Assembly (NCBI GenBank): GCA_021820245.1
Contig: JAKADT010000001.1
Coordinates: 1 to 55,811, forward strand
Source of the DNA: Thermoplasmata archaeon
GTDB taxonomy: Archaea; Thermoplasmatota; Thermoplasmata; Thermoplasmatales; Thermoplasmataceae
Length of the DNA: 55,811 bases
Reading direction: 5' to 3'
Shown here: positions 40,014-55,518 of the stretch, piece by piece
Layout of the letters: each line of letters opens with the position of its first letter
How positions within the stretch are numbered: position 1 is the stretch's first letter
Position numbers and translations under genes: made by a program
The notes under the pieces: generated by a model
Database searches by the model: none
The model's input: the letters and a program-made list of their open reading frames with translations, nothing else
Told to the model about the DNA's origin: nothing

Positions 40014-40744
40014 ATCTCAAGCGGATCTGATACCACCCCAAATTTCCTGAAAAATGTGCAGACGTTGAATATATCACGCCTTAGGAATATCTCCGATGAC
40101 GGGTGCTTTATATTCACAGATTGGCCAACATCTATGAAATATACCTTTTTCCGGTAATACAGCATATTGTATTCGCTGAGGTCCGCATGCACAATATTGG
40201 CCTTCCTGTAGGCTTTTGTCATCATGCCCACTACCTCCTTGAAAACCTTTTCAGGTTCAAATTCTGCATCCTTGAGAATTGGAGCCGACATATCTTTCGA
40301 TCCAATATAACTCATTGCAAGAATATTTCTGTGAAAACCTATGGGAACAGGACACAGTACTCCTGCTTTCCTCAGTTCAACCAGGTTTGTGAATTCTTTC
40401 TTTGCCCAGACATAAACCACGTTTCCCCTTGAAAGTTTCTCCTTTGCGAATCTGTAATCTCCTCGTATGTAGTTCTCAATCTTTCCAAACTTCAGTGTGG
40501 ACATCTTATATATTTTAACAGCAATGGGTTTTCCATGAACATATGCCTTGAAAACTCCCGATTCTTTCCCCGTGGAGATGGGATAATCTATGTAATCAAT
40601 ATCGAGTTTTCCCATTAGCTCATAGATTGCTTTCAGTGTCCTGCTGTCAAAGAGCAGATCCGAAGTTTTTCTGTCCATCCCCTCCTTGAAGGAGAACAGT
40701 TTTTCTTTTATCAGCTGTTCCAGCGCCGATCTGTCATTTTCCAT
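39989..40744 (-). CDS. rio1: RIO1 family serine kinase
   Basis: ISTGKES, AVKIYK, WAKKEFTNL, VHADLSEYN and FIDVGQSV. Confidence 0.95.
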   Translation of the reverse strand: MENDRSALEQLIKEKLFSFKEGMDRKTSDLLFDSRTLKAIYELMGKLDIDYIDYPISTGKESGVFKAYVHGKPIAVKIYKMSTLKFGKIENYIRGDYRFAKEKLSRGNVVYVWAKKEFTNLVELRKAGVLCPVPIGFHRNILAMSYIGSKDMSAPILKDAEFEPEKVFKEVVGMMTKAYRKANIVHADLSEYNMLYYRKKVYFIDVGQSVNIKHPSSEIFLRRDIFNVCTFFRKFGVVSDPLEIYSTIVPA

Positions 40745-40745
40745 A

Positions 40746-41081
40746 TTACTTGAAAATATTGATAACCTCGGGTAGAAGATTGTTCCTGCTCAGATAGTTG
40801 GCCTGTGTGTGGGTGTACCTGTAGACTATGTCAGCCTTTTCATTCTGGAACTGCCATGGTTTTACAATTACCAGGTCTCGTTCCCTGATCCACATTCTTT
40901 TCTTCATTTTTCCGGGAATCCTTGTAACCCTGGTAAATCCATCCTCACACATTACTGTGAGATGCGATGCTCCAGACAGTTTTTCGACTATTCCGAATAT
41001 CTCTCCCTTCTTCCTGTTTGGAAGTATTACACGGGTGATGTTTTCAACGTCACCCTCTTGTGATGTTCTTGAATTGTTCAT
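40746..41081 (-). CDS. eif1a: Translation initiation factor aIF-1A
   Basis: RIPGKMKKRMWIRERDLVIVKPW...DIVYRY. Confidence 0.96.
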   Translation of the reverse strand: MNNSRTSQEGDVENITRVILPNRKKGEIFGIVEKLSGASHLTVMCEDGFTRVTRIPGKMKKRMWIRERDLVIVKPWQFQNEKADIVYRYTHTQANYLSRNNLLPEVINIFK

Positions 41082-41207
41082 ATATAGTCTCTAAGTATTG
41101 CCTCTAGTCATATAAATATAAGCCAAGTTATCAGTTAAAAATATGAATGAAAAAGAGAAAGTTTTAAAAAATGATACGTGGGTGATTATAATAAAAAAGC
41201 GTTTCCA

Positions 41208-41390
41208 CTATGCTTTTCTCATCTGGAAGAACGCTATACTTGCCATTACACCGATACCGAATATCAAGGCGTACAGTATGCCTATCTTATGGACATTCAC
41301 GCTGTCTGTGTATGTCTGGTAAATAAGCAATCCAAGCCCTATGAATGTAACAACCAGTGACACGATAAATGCTGATGTGTTTTTATCCAT
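41208..41390 (-). CDS. Small 2-TM membrane protein
   Basis: 60-aa ORF with two hydrophobic helices; SD-like GGAGG upstream; follows the APC permease. Confidence 0.65.
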   Translation of the reverse strand: MDKNTSAFIVSLVVTFIGLGLLIYQTYTDSVNVHKIGILYALIFGIGVMASIAFFQMRKA

Positions 41391-41426
41391 TAATGATCCC
41401 TCCTTATTTCAAATATGAAAGACATC

Positions 41427-43163
41427 TTATTTTCCACCTCCGCTTACGAATTCATCTGATTGCACATACTGTGAATCCGATTCAATCATATCCTTGATTT
41501 CATCGCTCTTAATTCCACTGTATACTGCCCATACGTAGAATAGTGCTGCCACAACTATGACCATTATGAGATCATAGGGATATGGAACTATGTTGCTTCC
41601 TCCAAGGAAAGTTTCACCGAGATACGATTCCAGGGATAAGACCAGTATATAGGCCGGAACCCAGATGCCAGCTTTCACATATCTAGCTGAAAATATTGAT
41701 ATGACTGATCTGTCACCCGATGCTGTGTGTATAAAGTAAAATATCAGGTATACAACAAGACCTATGTAAATTGCAATCGCAAGGTCTCCCACAAGGGGCC
41801 AGCCTGACCAGTAAACTATAAGAGATGCACCTATAAAGGCAACTGGTGAGAGTATCATAGATCCTTTAAGGGTGAACGGCCTCTTTAGCTCTGAGGCATG
41901 CTTCCTGAAAATTCTTACTGCCGGGCCTCCAACAAGATATGTAAATACAGTTGCGCTTGTTATGAACCCTACAAGTTTGTACCAGCTTGGGAAGGGAGCA
42001 AAAAAGATAAAGCCGATGATCAACGTAAGTACCAGAGGAAGAACAGGGATCCTTCTCTTTTCGTTTACCTTTGTGAGTTGTTTTGGTAGTAGCCCCAGTG
42101 TACCCATTCCAAAAAGGGTTCTCATGGATGTCCCGAGGTATACGCTGAGTGTTCCACTTGGTGATATGTAAGCATCAGCAAACAGAAGGTATGTCAACCC
42201 AACAAGACCAACCGACGATGCTACTGTGGCAAATGGAGCACTGTAAAGTGTGGAAACCGCAGAAGTAGCAAAAACATTGCTCGAGTTTGGCAGGAAAAGG
42301 CTCCATGAACCAGCGGGTATCCCAAGTGAGTGGAAACTGACGGCACCTATAAACGCAGCCTGAAGACCTACATATACGATGATTCCTATTACCACTGAGA
42401 ATATTGTTGCCAGTGGAACAGATTTTTGTGGTGTCCTGGCTTCACCTGCGTAATCAAGACCCTGCCTGAATCCCAGGAATGAGAACACTATTCCCGAGGT
42501 TGCAACTGCCCCCATTACGGGAGCAAAACCATAGGGCATGAAACCAGTGGCGCCGGAAGCTGCACCGGGGGCCAGTGTTGTGAAATTTGCAATGTTGAAA
42601 TGCACCACAACAAGCACAACTATTGTAGCCAGAGGAAGAATGAGTTTCCACCATGTCATCCCGGTATTTGTCTTGGCCATCATCTTCACACCGAGATAAT
42701 TCAGGAAAAAGAAGAGCACCATGAGCAAACCGGCGAAAACGATTCCGGTAGCTGTGAGAACACCACTCAAAGTATACAGCGACGGGTAATATGCAGCAGC
42801 ATAACCAACGACACCTTCAGCCTCTATGGCCGGTACAGACACTGCTGAAAGGAAATAAGCCCACGCCAGGAAAAAACCAGCCAGGTTGCCATGGGAAAAC
42901 TGGCCATACCTGACAATGGAACCCGACCGTGGTATCATGGCCCCCAGCTCTGCGTAATTAAGAGCTATTACTAGGACTATAAATCCTCCTATGATCCATG
43001 AAATTATTGCTGCAGGTCCAGCGATTGCTGATGCATCCAGTGCAGCAAATAGCCATCCTGAACCGATAATTCCACCTAGGCTTAAAAAGAGAAGGTCCCA
43101 TGTTGTCAGGGCCTTTCTCAACTTCCTATCTGATCTTGTTCTTGCAACTTCGTCAGCTAACAT
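41427..43163 (-). CDS. APC family amino acid permease
   Basis: GGIIGSGWLF, AGPAAIISW, YAELGAMIPRSG and FSFLGFRQ. Confidence 0.93.
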   Translation of the reverse strand: MLADEVARTRSDRKLRKALTTWDLLFLSLGGIIGSGWLFAALDASAIAGPAAIISWIIGGFIVLVIALNYAELGAMIPRSGSIVRYGQFSHGNLAGFFLAWAYFLSAVSVPAIEAEGVVGYAAAYYPSLYTLSGVLTATGIVFAGLLMVLFFFLNYLGVKMMAKTNTGMTWWKLILPLATIVVLVVVHFNIANFTTLAPGAASGATGFMPYGFAPVMGAVATSGIVFSFLGFRQGLDYAGEARTPQKSVPLATIFSVVIGIIVYVGLQAAFIGAVSFHSLGIPAGSWSLFLPNSSNVFATSAVSTLYSAPFATVASSVGLVGLTYLLFADAYISPSGTLSVYLGTSMRTLFGMGTLGLLPKQLTKVNEKRRIPVLPLVLTLIIGFIFFAPFPSWYKLVGFITSATVFTYLVGGPAVRIFRKHASELKRPFTLKGSMILSPVAFIGASLIVYWSGWPLVGDLAIAIYIGLVVYLIFYFIHTASGDRSVISIFSARYVKAGIWVPAYILVLSLESYLGETFLGGSNIVPYPYDLIMVIVVAALFYVWAVYSGIKSDEIKDMIESDSQYVQSDEFVSGGGK

Positions 43164-43324
43164 TTGGCATGCCTATGCTCTATCCCTTATATAAATATTA
43201 CTATGAAGATTAACTTCATATTGACAATTCAATACACTAAAATATTAAATAGATGCTAAAATGGTATTCTTTTACTACTTCAAAAGCCTTATTTTCGTTG
43301 GAAATATGGAACAGGGCCGAAATC

Positions 43325-43756
43325 CTAAATCTGCTTGATGTTCAAGCTTTTTATATTGTAATATCTCTGGACGGCGTCCCTGAAGAGTTTTATGTTTCTG
43401 CCTTCCTTTCCAATTGCCTTTCCTACTTCGTTCTGCTCCACTGTAACCAGAACATTTGTCTGCCCTTCTTTCCAGTTTATGTTTATCTCCTTTACTCCGA
43501 ACCTGTAGAAAATATTCTTTACAAAAAGTATGAGATCTCTTGAATATTCAACCACAAGAATGTGCTTGTTGATCCTTTCCTTAAGCTCAGCTATTGCGTT
43601 ATCGTTACGTTTGAACATCTCAGCAAGTTTTTTTTCAAGAACTACAAAGAGTACCATATCCTCGTTCTCGAGACATTCCTTGAGTTCGACCCGCGCAACC
43701 TTCTCAAAAAGCGCCATGTATCCAAGTATTCTATTGTCGATTGTAATTTCTTTCAT
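43325..43756 (-). CDS. nusA: NusA-like transcription factor
   Basis: KH motif GKAIGKEGRNIK; follows rpoA2. Confidence 0.92.
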   Translation of the reverse strand: MKEITIDNRILGYMALFEKVARVELKECLENEDMVLFVVLEKKLAEMFKRNDNAIAELKERINKHILVVEYSRDLILFVKNIFYRFGVKEININWKEGQTNVLVTVEQNEVGKAIGKEGRNIKLFRDAVQRYYNIKSLNIKQI

Positions 43757-43800
43757 CAGATTTCCGTTCCATGTGTGTTAGCATCTAAATAATAAAGGTG

Positions 43801-47995
<4,195 letters not shown>

Positions 47996-47999
<4 letters not shown>

Positions 48000-50900
48000 T
48001 TTAAATCACCAAGTAAAAGTCTCATGACAACACCCATGGACATGAGCTCGTCCCTCATCAGTTTGAAGGCATAGCTCGTCTCTATTGGATGTATGTTTCC
48101 TGTGTTTCCACAAACGGGGCATCTTGGAACACCCTTTCGGCGGTCAAATATTGCCACATGACCGCATGTTGGGTTCCCACATACATAAAGTATTGTTCCA
48201 TCACTCTGATCAAGAAGCCGATCTTTTATGACCATTGCAGCTCCATGGGCTATAAGAGTATCCCTCTCCATTTCCCCAAACCTGAGACCTCCCTGCCTTG
48301 ACCTTCCTTCCGTTGGCTGTCTTGTGAGTATCTGCACTGGCCCTCTTGATCTGGCGTGGAACTTGCCAGCCACCATATGATGCAGTTTCTGGTAGTAAAT
48401 AACGCCTGTGAATATGTCCACATCAAATTTCCTTCCAGTTATACCATCATACATGACTTCAGTGGAGGTGTGTCTGAAACCATACTTCACTAGGCCTTCA
48501 CGAAGGCTCTTCTCTGGTTCCCCGTTGAATATTGTACCATCCCCGATTTCACATTTCATGGTGGACACCTTACCACCTATCATTTCCAGTATATGCCCAA
48601 CGGTCATTCTTGACGGTATGGCGTGAGGATTAATGATAAGATCAGGGATTATGCCCTCTTCTGTGAATGGCATATCCTCCTGTGGTACAACCGCACCAAT
48701 AACTCCTTTCTGACCATGTCTTGAAGCGAATTTGTCGCCAAGTTCCGGTATTCTTTCACTCCTGACCTTTATCTTGACAACCCTGCTGTTACTTTCAGAA
48801 ACCGTCAGGATAACATTATCTACATACCCCTTCTCGTTTGGCCTCATTGTAATGGATGATTCCCTTCTTCTCTGCGGCCCAAGTTTCTCTCCGCCCTCTT
48901 CCAGGAATCTCGGAGGTGATGTTTTCCCCACCAGCACATCTGAACCTTCAACATAGGACTCCGGGTAAATTATGCCGTTTTCATCCAGGTTTTTATAGTA
49001 ATCTTCGGCCCTCGCACCCAGCACATCATGTGTTGGGATTTCGAACTTATCTTCCTGTCCACCGGGATATCTTCGCTCCTCAGCACTGTATGTTCTGAAG
49101 AAACTACTTCTTCCAAGTCCCCGTTCCATAGATGCCTTGTTCATGACAAGGGCGTCCTGTATGTTATATCCCTGATATGAAAGAATTGCAACGACAAAAT
49201 TCTGACCTGCAGGCCTTTTTTCGTATTTTATGTAATCCATAACTCTTGTCTTAACCATGGGTATCTGTGGATAATGCATCATATGCCCCCTGGTGTCTGT
49301 CCTGATTCTGAAATTTGTTGATGAGAGACCAATAGACTGTTTTGTCATGGCTGCTGCCATGGTTATTCTTGGTGATGAATTATGTTCCGGGTAAGGTATA
49401 ACTGAGGCAACGACCCCAAGAATAAGGGCGGGATCGACTTCAAGATGTGTGTGTTCCTTTGTAAGCAAGAGCTGGACTGGAAACTGTCCTTTGCATATTT
49501 CACATCTTAGCAAAGCTTCCTGGTCCGATTGCCCTGGATTTATCCATGAAAGTTTAGACCTGTAAAGGTAGGAGTTACAGCTTGGGCATCTTTCGGGGAA
49601 ATCGTATGCATAAACCGATATGTATAGATTTTCCTCCTCTTCCGCATCTACCCATTCCAGTGCGCCTCTTTTAACAATATCCTTTATTGAGTACTCCCCC
49701 TCTTCCAGCTTTTGTAGCATCTCTGCGTTTATGACGGTGTTACCGTCGTGAACAACAAGAAGTGGTCTTCTAATCCTTCCTCTATCGCAGTTTACAATGA
49801 CCTCTCTGGTTTCGGCATCAAATCTCACATTCACTTCGTCGGATAGTTTGCCCTTTCTTCTCTCTTCCCTTATTGTCTGTGTGAGAGTAGCAGGATCGTC
49901 ATGATAGCCAACGAAATCTCCATTGAGGTAGACCCGTCCGGCACCCTGTTCCTCCTTTACTACTTCCTTGAGATCCATGCCCATGAGAAATTCAAGTATC
50001 ATTTCCGGATTGATGCCTTCGGTCACGTTGATTATGAGGGCTGCATTTTTAACAAGACCACAGTTCTGGCCTTCCGGTGTTTCATTTGGACAGATACGCC
50101 CCCACTGAGTAGGATGCAGGTCTCTTGCCTCAAAGTGAGGTTGTGATCGTGTTAGAGGGGAAATAATTCGTCTCAGATGACTCAGAGTACTTACATTTGA
50201 CACCCTGTCCAGCAGCTGCGATACCCCAGTTCTTCCACCAATCCAGTTCCCTGTCGCCATGGCATGCAGAATTTTTTGTGTTAAAAGATCCTGCCTCACT
50301 GCCGGTCTCAATCTTATCCCTTTCTTACGGTTATATGTCCTTTCAAGCTGGTATTTGAGATCCTTCATGACTGACTGGAAGGAGTTTCTGAACAGTTCGT
50401 CCAGCAGATCTCCTGTCAATTTTATCCTTTTGTTTGCAAGATGATCCTTATCATCCTCTTTCCTCATACCGAGGTTAAGTTCCAACAGGGATCTAGCCAT
50501 CCTCCCAAGATATATTGCTTTCTTCAGCCTGTCTTCCCTGCTGTCTCCGAGATGTGGTAGAAGAGACTTGTCAATCATCTGTGATACTTTCTTTTCCCTG
50601 AATTCCTTTGCCTGACCCGCTGCGAATCTTTTTTCAAGATATGCTATTGCATCATCAAGGTTATTCACACCGTTTGGGGGGAATATCTTAGGATTCTTGG
50701 ATTCTTCTATATTTGCATATATTATTGGATCCATTTCGTTACCGGACGCTATGGAATCGTGCACATCGACATCTTTTTCCATCCCCAGTGCCTTCATGAG
50801 TATAACCAGTGGGATAGTACCTGCAACACTGGGTATTGACACCGTTATGATTCCATCACTCCCCTTCTCCATTGCAGTTAAAGCCCTGAATCCCCCTCTC

Positions 50901-51589
50901 TGGGAGAATACCTTGGCTACCTCGATCTTGCTGTCATATTTTTCTTCGTATTCAACGAGAATCTTGTTCGGTGCGAGATCTTCCAGAGAAACAATAACTC
51001 TTTCTGAACCGCCAATGATGAAATAACCGCCAGAATCGTCTGGATCTTCTCCAATATACTGGAGTTTTTCTTTCCTGGTTGCATTTATTGGGCCATTGTT
51101 TTTCTCTATGTATGAATCAAGATTCGAACCATAAAGTGTGCATACCTTTGAACGTACCATTACAGGTATGTCACCAATTTTAATGTTTTCGGGTTCCTTT
51201 TCCAGGCCATCTTCCACGATTCTGACCCTCAGTGTTACCGGGGCCATGTAGTTAAGATCCCGGAGACGTGCCTCATTGGGTGTAATCTGATTTGACGCCC
51301 CTGATGCTTCCTTTATCTCTGGTTTATCTGCCCATATAGTTGGTTCTCCAACCGGTTTTCCGTTCTCTCTAACTCTTCCATAATAGATCTTAATTTCCCT
51401 TCCACCGGTTTTGCTCTGATCCAGGGTCATTGTACCCGGTTCGTCTTCATCAGATACCTTTGTATCGTCAACAATCTGCTGCATTCCGTTGTCGGGGTTT
51501 CCCTTTGTTGCAATAAAATGATTATATGAATCTATCTGGTGGTTTACGACGCTTTCATTACGAAAAAAAACTTCAATTAACTCTTTCAT
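47996..51589 (-). CDS. rpoB: RNA polymerase subunit B (Rpo2, unsplit)
   Basis: [22 protein letters not shown] and [11 protein letters not shown]. Confidence 0.99.
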
Positions 51590-51849
51590 TTAAAAACCTC
51601 TCCGCTGATAACCCTGTAGTATATTGAATAACCAACGGTTGGACTCTTCCTGATAATCTTGATGATTCGACCGTTATCAAGCTTTCCATGAATATCTTCA
51701 AGCGCCTTGACTGTTGGGTCATTCCTACTGATTTTGGGTAACAGATCTTTGGAAATGTCCAACTCCTTTAAAACCTTATCTTCTTCTCCAACTGGAACTA
51801 AGTGATGCTCTGGAACCAAATCATGCTGCAGTACGTTAAACTTCCCCAT
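51586..51849 (-). CDS. rpoH: RNA polymerase subunit H (Rpo5)
   Basis: [16 protein letters not shown] and IIRKSPT-G-YYR. Confidence 0.97.
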   Translation of the reverse strand: MGKFNVLQHDLVPEHHLVPVGEEDKVLKELDISKDLLPKISRNDPTVKALEDIHGKLDNGRIIKIIRKSPTVGYSIYYRVISGEVFK

Positions 51850-51864
51850 TTTATCCCTCTTTTG

Positions 51865-51938
51865 CGGGCCCGAGGGGGTTTGAACCCCCGACCACCTGGT
51901 TAAAAGCCAGACGCTCTACCTAGCTGAGCTACGGGCCC
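51865..51938 (-). tRNA. tRNA-Lys (TTT)
   Basis: Reverse complement GGGCCCGTAGCTCAGCTAGGTAGAGCGTCTGGCTTTTAACCAG...TTCAAACCCCCTCGGGCCCG. Confidence 0.96.
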
Positions 51939-51950
51939 AAGCCGGCTAGT

Positions 51951-51980
51951 GCCCATCTTAATATGATGGGCTAATATAAA
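51951..51980 (-). promoter_or_regulatory. TATA-like box plus perfect inverted repeat GCCCATC-N7-GATGGGC upstream of tRNA-Lys/rpoH
   Basis: IR at 51951-51971; minus-strand TTTATA at 51980-51975. Confidence 0.5.
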
Positions 51981-52351
51981 GATTCCTCAGTGAAAGATTT
52001 TGTGGGAATGATTCATTCTGTCTGGAATATCAAGGACTGTCCGTAAAGTTACAAACAATTTTAGGATCAGACACTAAAGGGACAGTGATATTGCACTATA
52101 ATAAACCCTAATGAATAATGAATATATTCTACCGCTTATTACAACAGATTCTTATATCCATAAACCTTGAAAATCCAGTTTCAATCCATATTCCGATAAA
52201 TAATGTTTTCGTGGTTTTGTGGGTGGTATATACTTGACTAGATTTTAAGAAAACATTTTGGAGGTTTTCCAATGAGTTGTGATTTTTTACCGTTCCTTCC
52301 AATATTTTCCTATTTCAAAAAAATGTATATTTCACTCTTTGATCTCCATGG

Positions 52352-53197
52352 ATGAATGCCGGAAAAATAATAATACCTGCTCTTACGCCTTTCAGAAACC
52401 AGCAGATTGACGCTGAAGCAGTAAAGGCCATGACTGCATATGCGAAGAAGAACTTTTTTGATGGGCTTTTTGCCGGAAGTTCCACCGGTGGTGTAGCTGC
52501 GCTTTCCTATAAAAAACACAAAGAAGCTCTCAAAACATACATTGAAAATATTCATGGGAATGTAACACCGCTTGCCGGAATCTCCCGAAACAGCCTTGAT
52601 GAGACCACAAGCATGGGAAAAGATGCCGTTGATTTCGGATACAAGACTATTGTCCTCATAAACCCCTATTACCACAACTATTCTGATAAAACCCTCCTGA
52701 GCTATTTTGGCAGTATACTTGGAGGCATTGACGCTGACTTTTACCTTTACAACAACCCTGGACTGACAGGTAGAGACCTGAAACCGGAAGTTGTTTCAAA
52801 ACTTCATGAAACATATTCCAACGTGAAGGGTGTGAAAGAAAGCAGCGGTAACCTGGACACATTCGGAAGATTCCTTTCGATAGAAGGTCTTGAAGTTTAC
52901 CAGGGGAAGGATACGCTGCTTTTTGATTCCATGAAAATGGGTGCAACGGGAGGTATATGCTCCTCAGCAAATTTCTCTTTGAACACACTGAAAATCGCAA
53001 AAGGAACCAGGGAAGCGGAAGAATCTTCAAGAAAAGTAAAGGAACTTATGTCCATTGTTTCAACCTATGAGAATCCTGTAATCCACAATTACCTTTTCAG
53101 AAAATATATCGTTGGAGAGGAACCTGTGGATTATATGAAAAGACCATATTCCGATCTTGATATGCCCCCGAAACAAGAGATCCAGACTCTTCTCTGA
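52352..53197 (+). CDS. DHDPS/NAL family class I aldolase (possibly KDG aldolase)
   Basis: IPALTPF, GSSTGG, PYY, YLYNNP and Schiff-base GVKESSG. Confidence 0.88.
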   Translation: MNAGKIIIPALTPFRNQQIDAEAVKAMTAYAKKNFFDGLFAGSSTGGVAALSYKKHKEALKTYIENIHGNVTPLAGISRNSLDETTSMGKDAVDFGYKTIVLINPYYHNYSDKTLLSYFGSILGGIDADFYLYNNPGLTGRDLKPEVVSKLHETYSNVKGVKESSGNLDTFGRFLSIEGLEVYQGKDTLLFDSMKMGATGGICSSANFSLNTLKIAKGTREAEESSRKVKELMSIVSTYENPVIHNYLFRKYIVGEEPVDYMKRPYSDLDMPPKQEIQTLL

Positions 53198-53247
53198 AGA
53201 GCGCTTTCGGAGTTATATCTATAAGGTTCAAAGAGATTCGGTGTCAT

Positions 53248-54267
53248 ATGAAAGTAAATATTGATGGAGAAGTGAAAACATTGTTCGCCGTCTGGATGGG
53301 CGATGATGGAGTCAATTTAATAGACCAGAGAAAACTTCCGGAGAAAATTGAGATATTCACAGCTAAAAACAGTGACGATATTGTTCATTCCATAAAGGAT
53401 ATGCTTGTAAGAGGTGCCCCCGCTATAGGTGTTACGGCCGCCTATGGACTTGCAATGGCAAAACAGCATGATGAGAATATGAACGATGCAGTTGACAAAA
53501 TATCAAAATCCAGACCAACTGCCTATGATCTGTTCAAGGCAATCAAGTATATGAAAGAGAATAATTTTGATCTATCTTCAGCCCAGAGATATGCAAACGA
53601 AATTCTGGGAAGAAGCAAGAAAATCGGAGAATATGGGAATGAACTCATAGGGAAAAATTCCAGGATACTGACACACTGCAATGCCGGAGCGCTTGCCGTT
53701 CTTGACTGGGGAACTGCACTTTCGCCCATGAGATTTGCCCATAAAGAGGGAAAGAACATCTTTGTATTTGTGGATGAAACCAGGCCCCGCCTTCAGGGGG
53801 CAAAGCTCACCGCATGGGAACTTGGCCAGGAAGGAATTGAACATGCCATAATTGCAGATAACGCGGCCGGGTACTTCATGAAAAAGGGGGAGATAGACCT
53901 TGCAATAGTTGGAGCAGACAGAATTGCATCCAATGGTGATTTTGCAAACAAGATCGGTACATATGAAAAGGCTGTTCTTGCAAAGGAGAACGGAATTCCG
54001 TTTTATGTGGCTGCCCCTGGAAGCACCTTTGATTTTAACATTAAGAATGGGGATGAGATCCCAATAGAGGAAAGAAACCAGGAAGAGGTTTTATTCGTTA
54101 ATGGAAACCGCATCGGTCCTCTGAACAGCAATGCAAGAAATCCTGCTTTTGACGTCACACCAAACCGATACGTAACTGCATTCATAACTGAGTATGGGAT
54201 TTTCAAACCAGGCGAACTTGGCAGCATGAAGCAGGCAATGAACAAAGATCTGTTTATGAAGATCTGA
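53248..54267 (+). CDS. mtnA: Methylthioribose-1-phosphate isomerase
   Basis: IDQRKLP, VRGAPAIG, LTHCNAGALA, DETRPRLQGAKLT and NPAFDVTP. Confidence 0.93.
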   Translation: MKVNIDGEVKTLFAVWMGDDGVNLIDQRKLPEKIEIFTAKNSDDIVHSIKDMLVRGAPAIGVTAAYGLAMAKQHDENMNDAVDKISKSRPTAYDLFKAIKYMKENNFDLSSAQRYANEILGRSKKIGEYGNELIGKNSRILTHCNAGALAVLDWGTALSPMRFAHKEGKNIFVFVDETRPRLQGAKLTAWELGQEGIEHAIIADNAAGYFMKKGEIDLAIVGADRIASNGDFANKIGTYEKAVLAKENGIPFYVAAPGSTFDFNIKNGDEIPIEERNQEEVLFVNGNRIGPLNSNARNPAFDVTPNRYVTAFITEYGIFKPGELGSMKQAMNKDLFMKI

Positions 54268-54284
54268 TTAAAATAGGGGTTTAA

Positions 54285-55421
54285 ATGACGGATGAACATG
54301 AGATAACACCCTGGAACGTTTCTGATACTTTCCAGGAAGCCCAGTATGAAAGGGTTGCCACTGAATTCGGCGCAAAGATTATCGATGAACCCCTGAAATA
54401 CGAAATAAAGGAACTTGCAGGAGATCTTCACAGGTTTATCCAGTACGGAATATTCTTTGCCCACAGGGACCTGGATCTCCTGCTTGATGGATACAGAAAG
54501 GGAAGAAAGTTTTATCTTTACACCGGGAGAGGTCCTTCCGGAAAGATGCACCTTGGTCACCTCATCCCTTTTATTTTTACAAAATGGCTTCAGGAAAGAT
54601 TCAACGTGGATCTTGTAATACAGATCACAGACGACGAGAAATTTATTTTCAGGGACAGCAGCAGAGAGGATCTTGACAGATTCACCAGAGAAAACATTGT
54701 GGATATTCTGAGCCTTGGTTTTAAACCTGAAAAAACCCATGTTCTGATTGACACAAAGAACTCCGGTCTGCTTTATAACTATGGAATCCAGGTCGCCAAG
54801 CACATTACAGCCTCAACCGTAAAGTCAGTATTCGGCCTTAAGGACAGTGACAATATCGGCAAGTTTTTCTTTACCAGTATCCAGTCTGTGCCAGCATTCA
54901 TTGTAAGTGCCATAACGGGACACAATGTACCCTGCCTGATACCTTACGCCATTGATCAGGACCCACATTTCAAGATATCAAGAGATATCCTTCCAAAGCT
55001 GGGCTATGACAAACCTGCTTCAATAATTTCAAAGTTTATTCCTTCCCTTAAGGGGACAGGTAAAATGTCCTCGTCTGATGAAAATTCCGGCATATATCTT
55101 GACGATGAAAACAGGACAATTAAGAAGAAACTCATGAAATACGCGTTTTCAGGTGGCAGGGACACCATGGAAGAACAGCGTAAATTTGGTGCAAATCCGG
55201 ATGTTGATTTTGCATTCAACACTTACCGTATGCTTGAGCCGGATGTTGCAACCGCTTCAAAGATATATAATGAATACAAAAGTGGGCAGATTCTCAGCGG
55301 AGAGATGAAAATGATCGCTTATGAGAAGATAGTTGATTTCTTTGAAGCACTGAACTCAAGGAGAGATTCAGTGAGTAAAAATATGGAAGACTACATGTTC
55401 AGTCCAGACAGATTTCTCTAA
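54285..55421 (+). CDS. trpS: Tryptophan--tRNA ligase
   Basis: YTGRGPS-MHLGH, AIDQDPHF, KMSSS and YAFSGG. Confidence 0.97.
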   Translation: MTDEHEITPWNVSDTFQEAQYERVATEFGAKIIDEPLKYEIKELAGDLHRFIQYGIFFAHRDLDLLLDGYRKGRKFYLYTGRGPSGKMHLGHLIPFIFTKWLQERFNVDLVIQITDDEKFIFRDSSREDLDRFTRENIVDILSLGFKPEKTHVLIDTKNSGLLYNYGIQVAKHITASTVKSVFGLKDSDNIGKFFFTSIQSVPAFIVSAITGHNVPCLIPYAIDQDPHFKISRDILPKLGYDKPASIISKFIPSLKGTGKMSSSDENSGIYLDDENRTIKKKLMKYAFSGGRDTMEEQRKFGANPDVDFAFNTYRMLEPDVATASKIYNEYKSGQILSGEMKMIAYEKIVDFFEALNSRRDSVSKNMEDYMFSPDRFL

Positions 55422-55518
55422 ATTGCATGGTTTGAAGTAACCATTCGCGTGGTGTCATAATGAAAACTGCCTAAAAACCAATATTTATAAGACTTAAAAC
55501 AATTGAAAATTGGTAAAT

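Noticed and set aside
54003-54803. 266-aa minus-strand ORF and the many other antisense ORFs in the track (e.g. 9026-9514, 18986-19570, 28249-28839)
   Set aside because: Shadows of well-supported genes or IS remnants on the opposite strand, with no motifs.
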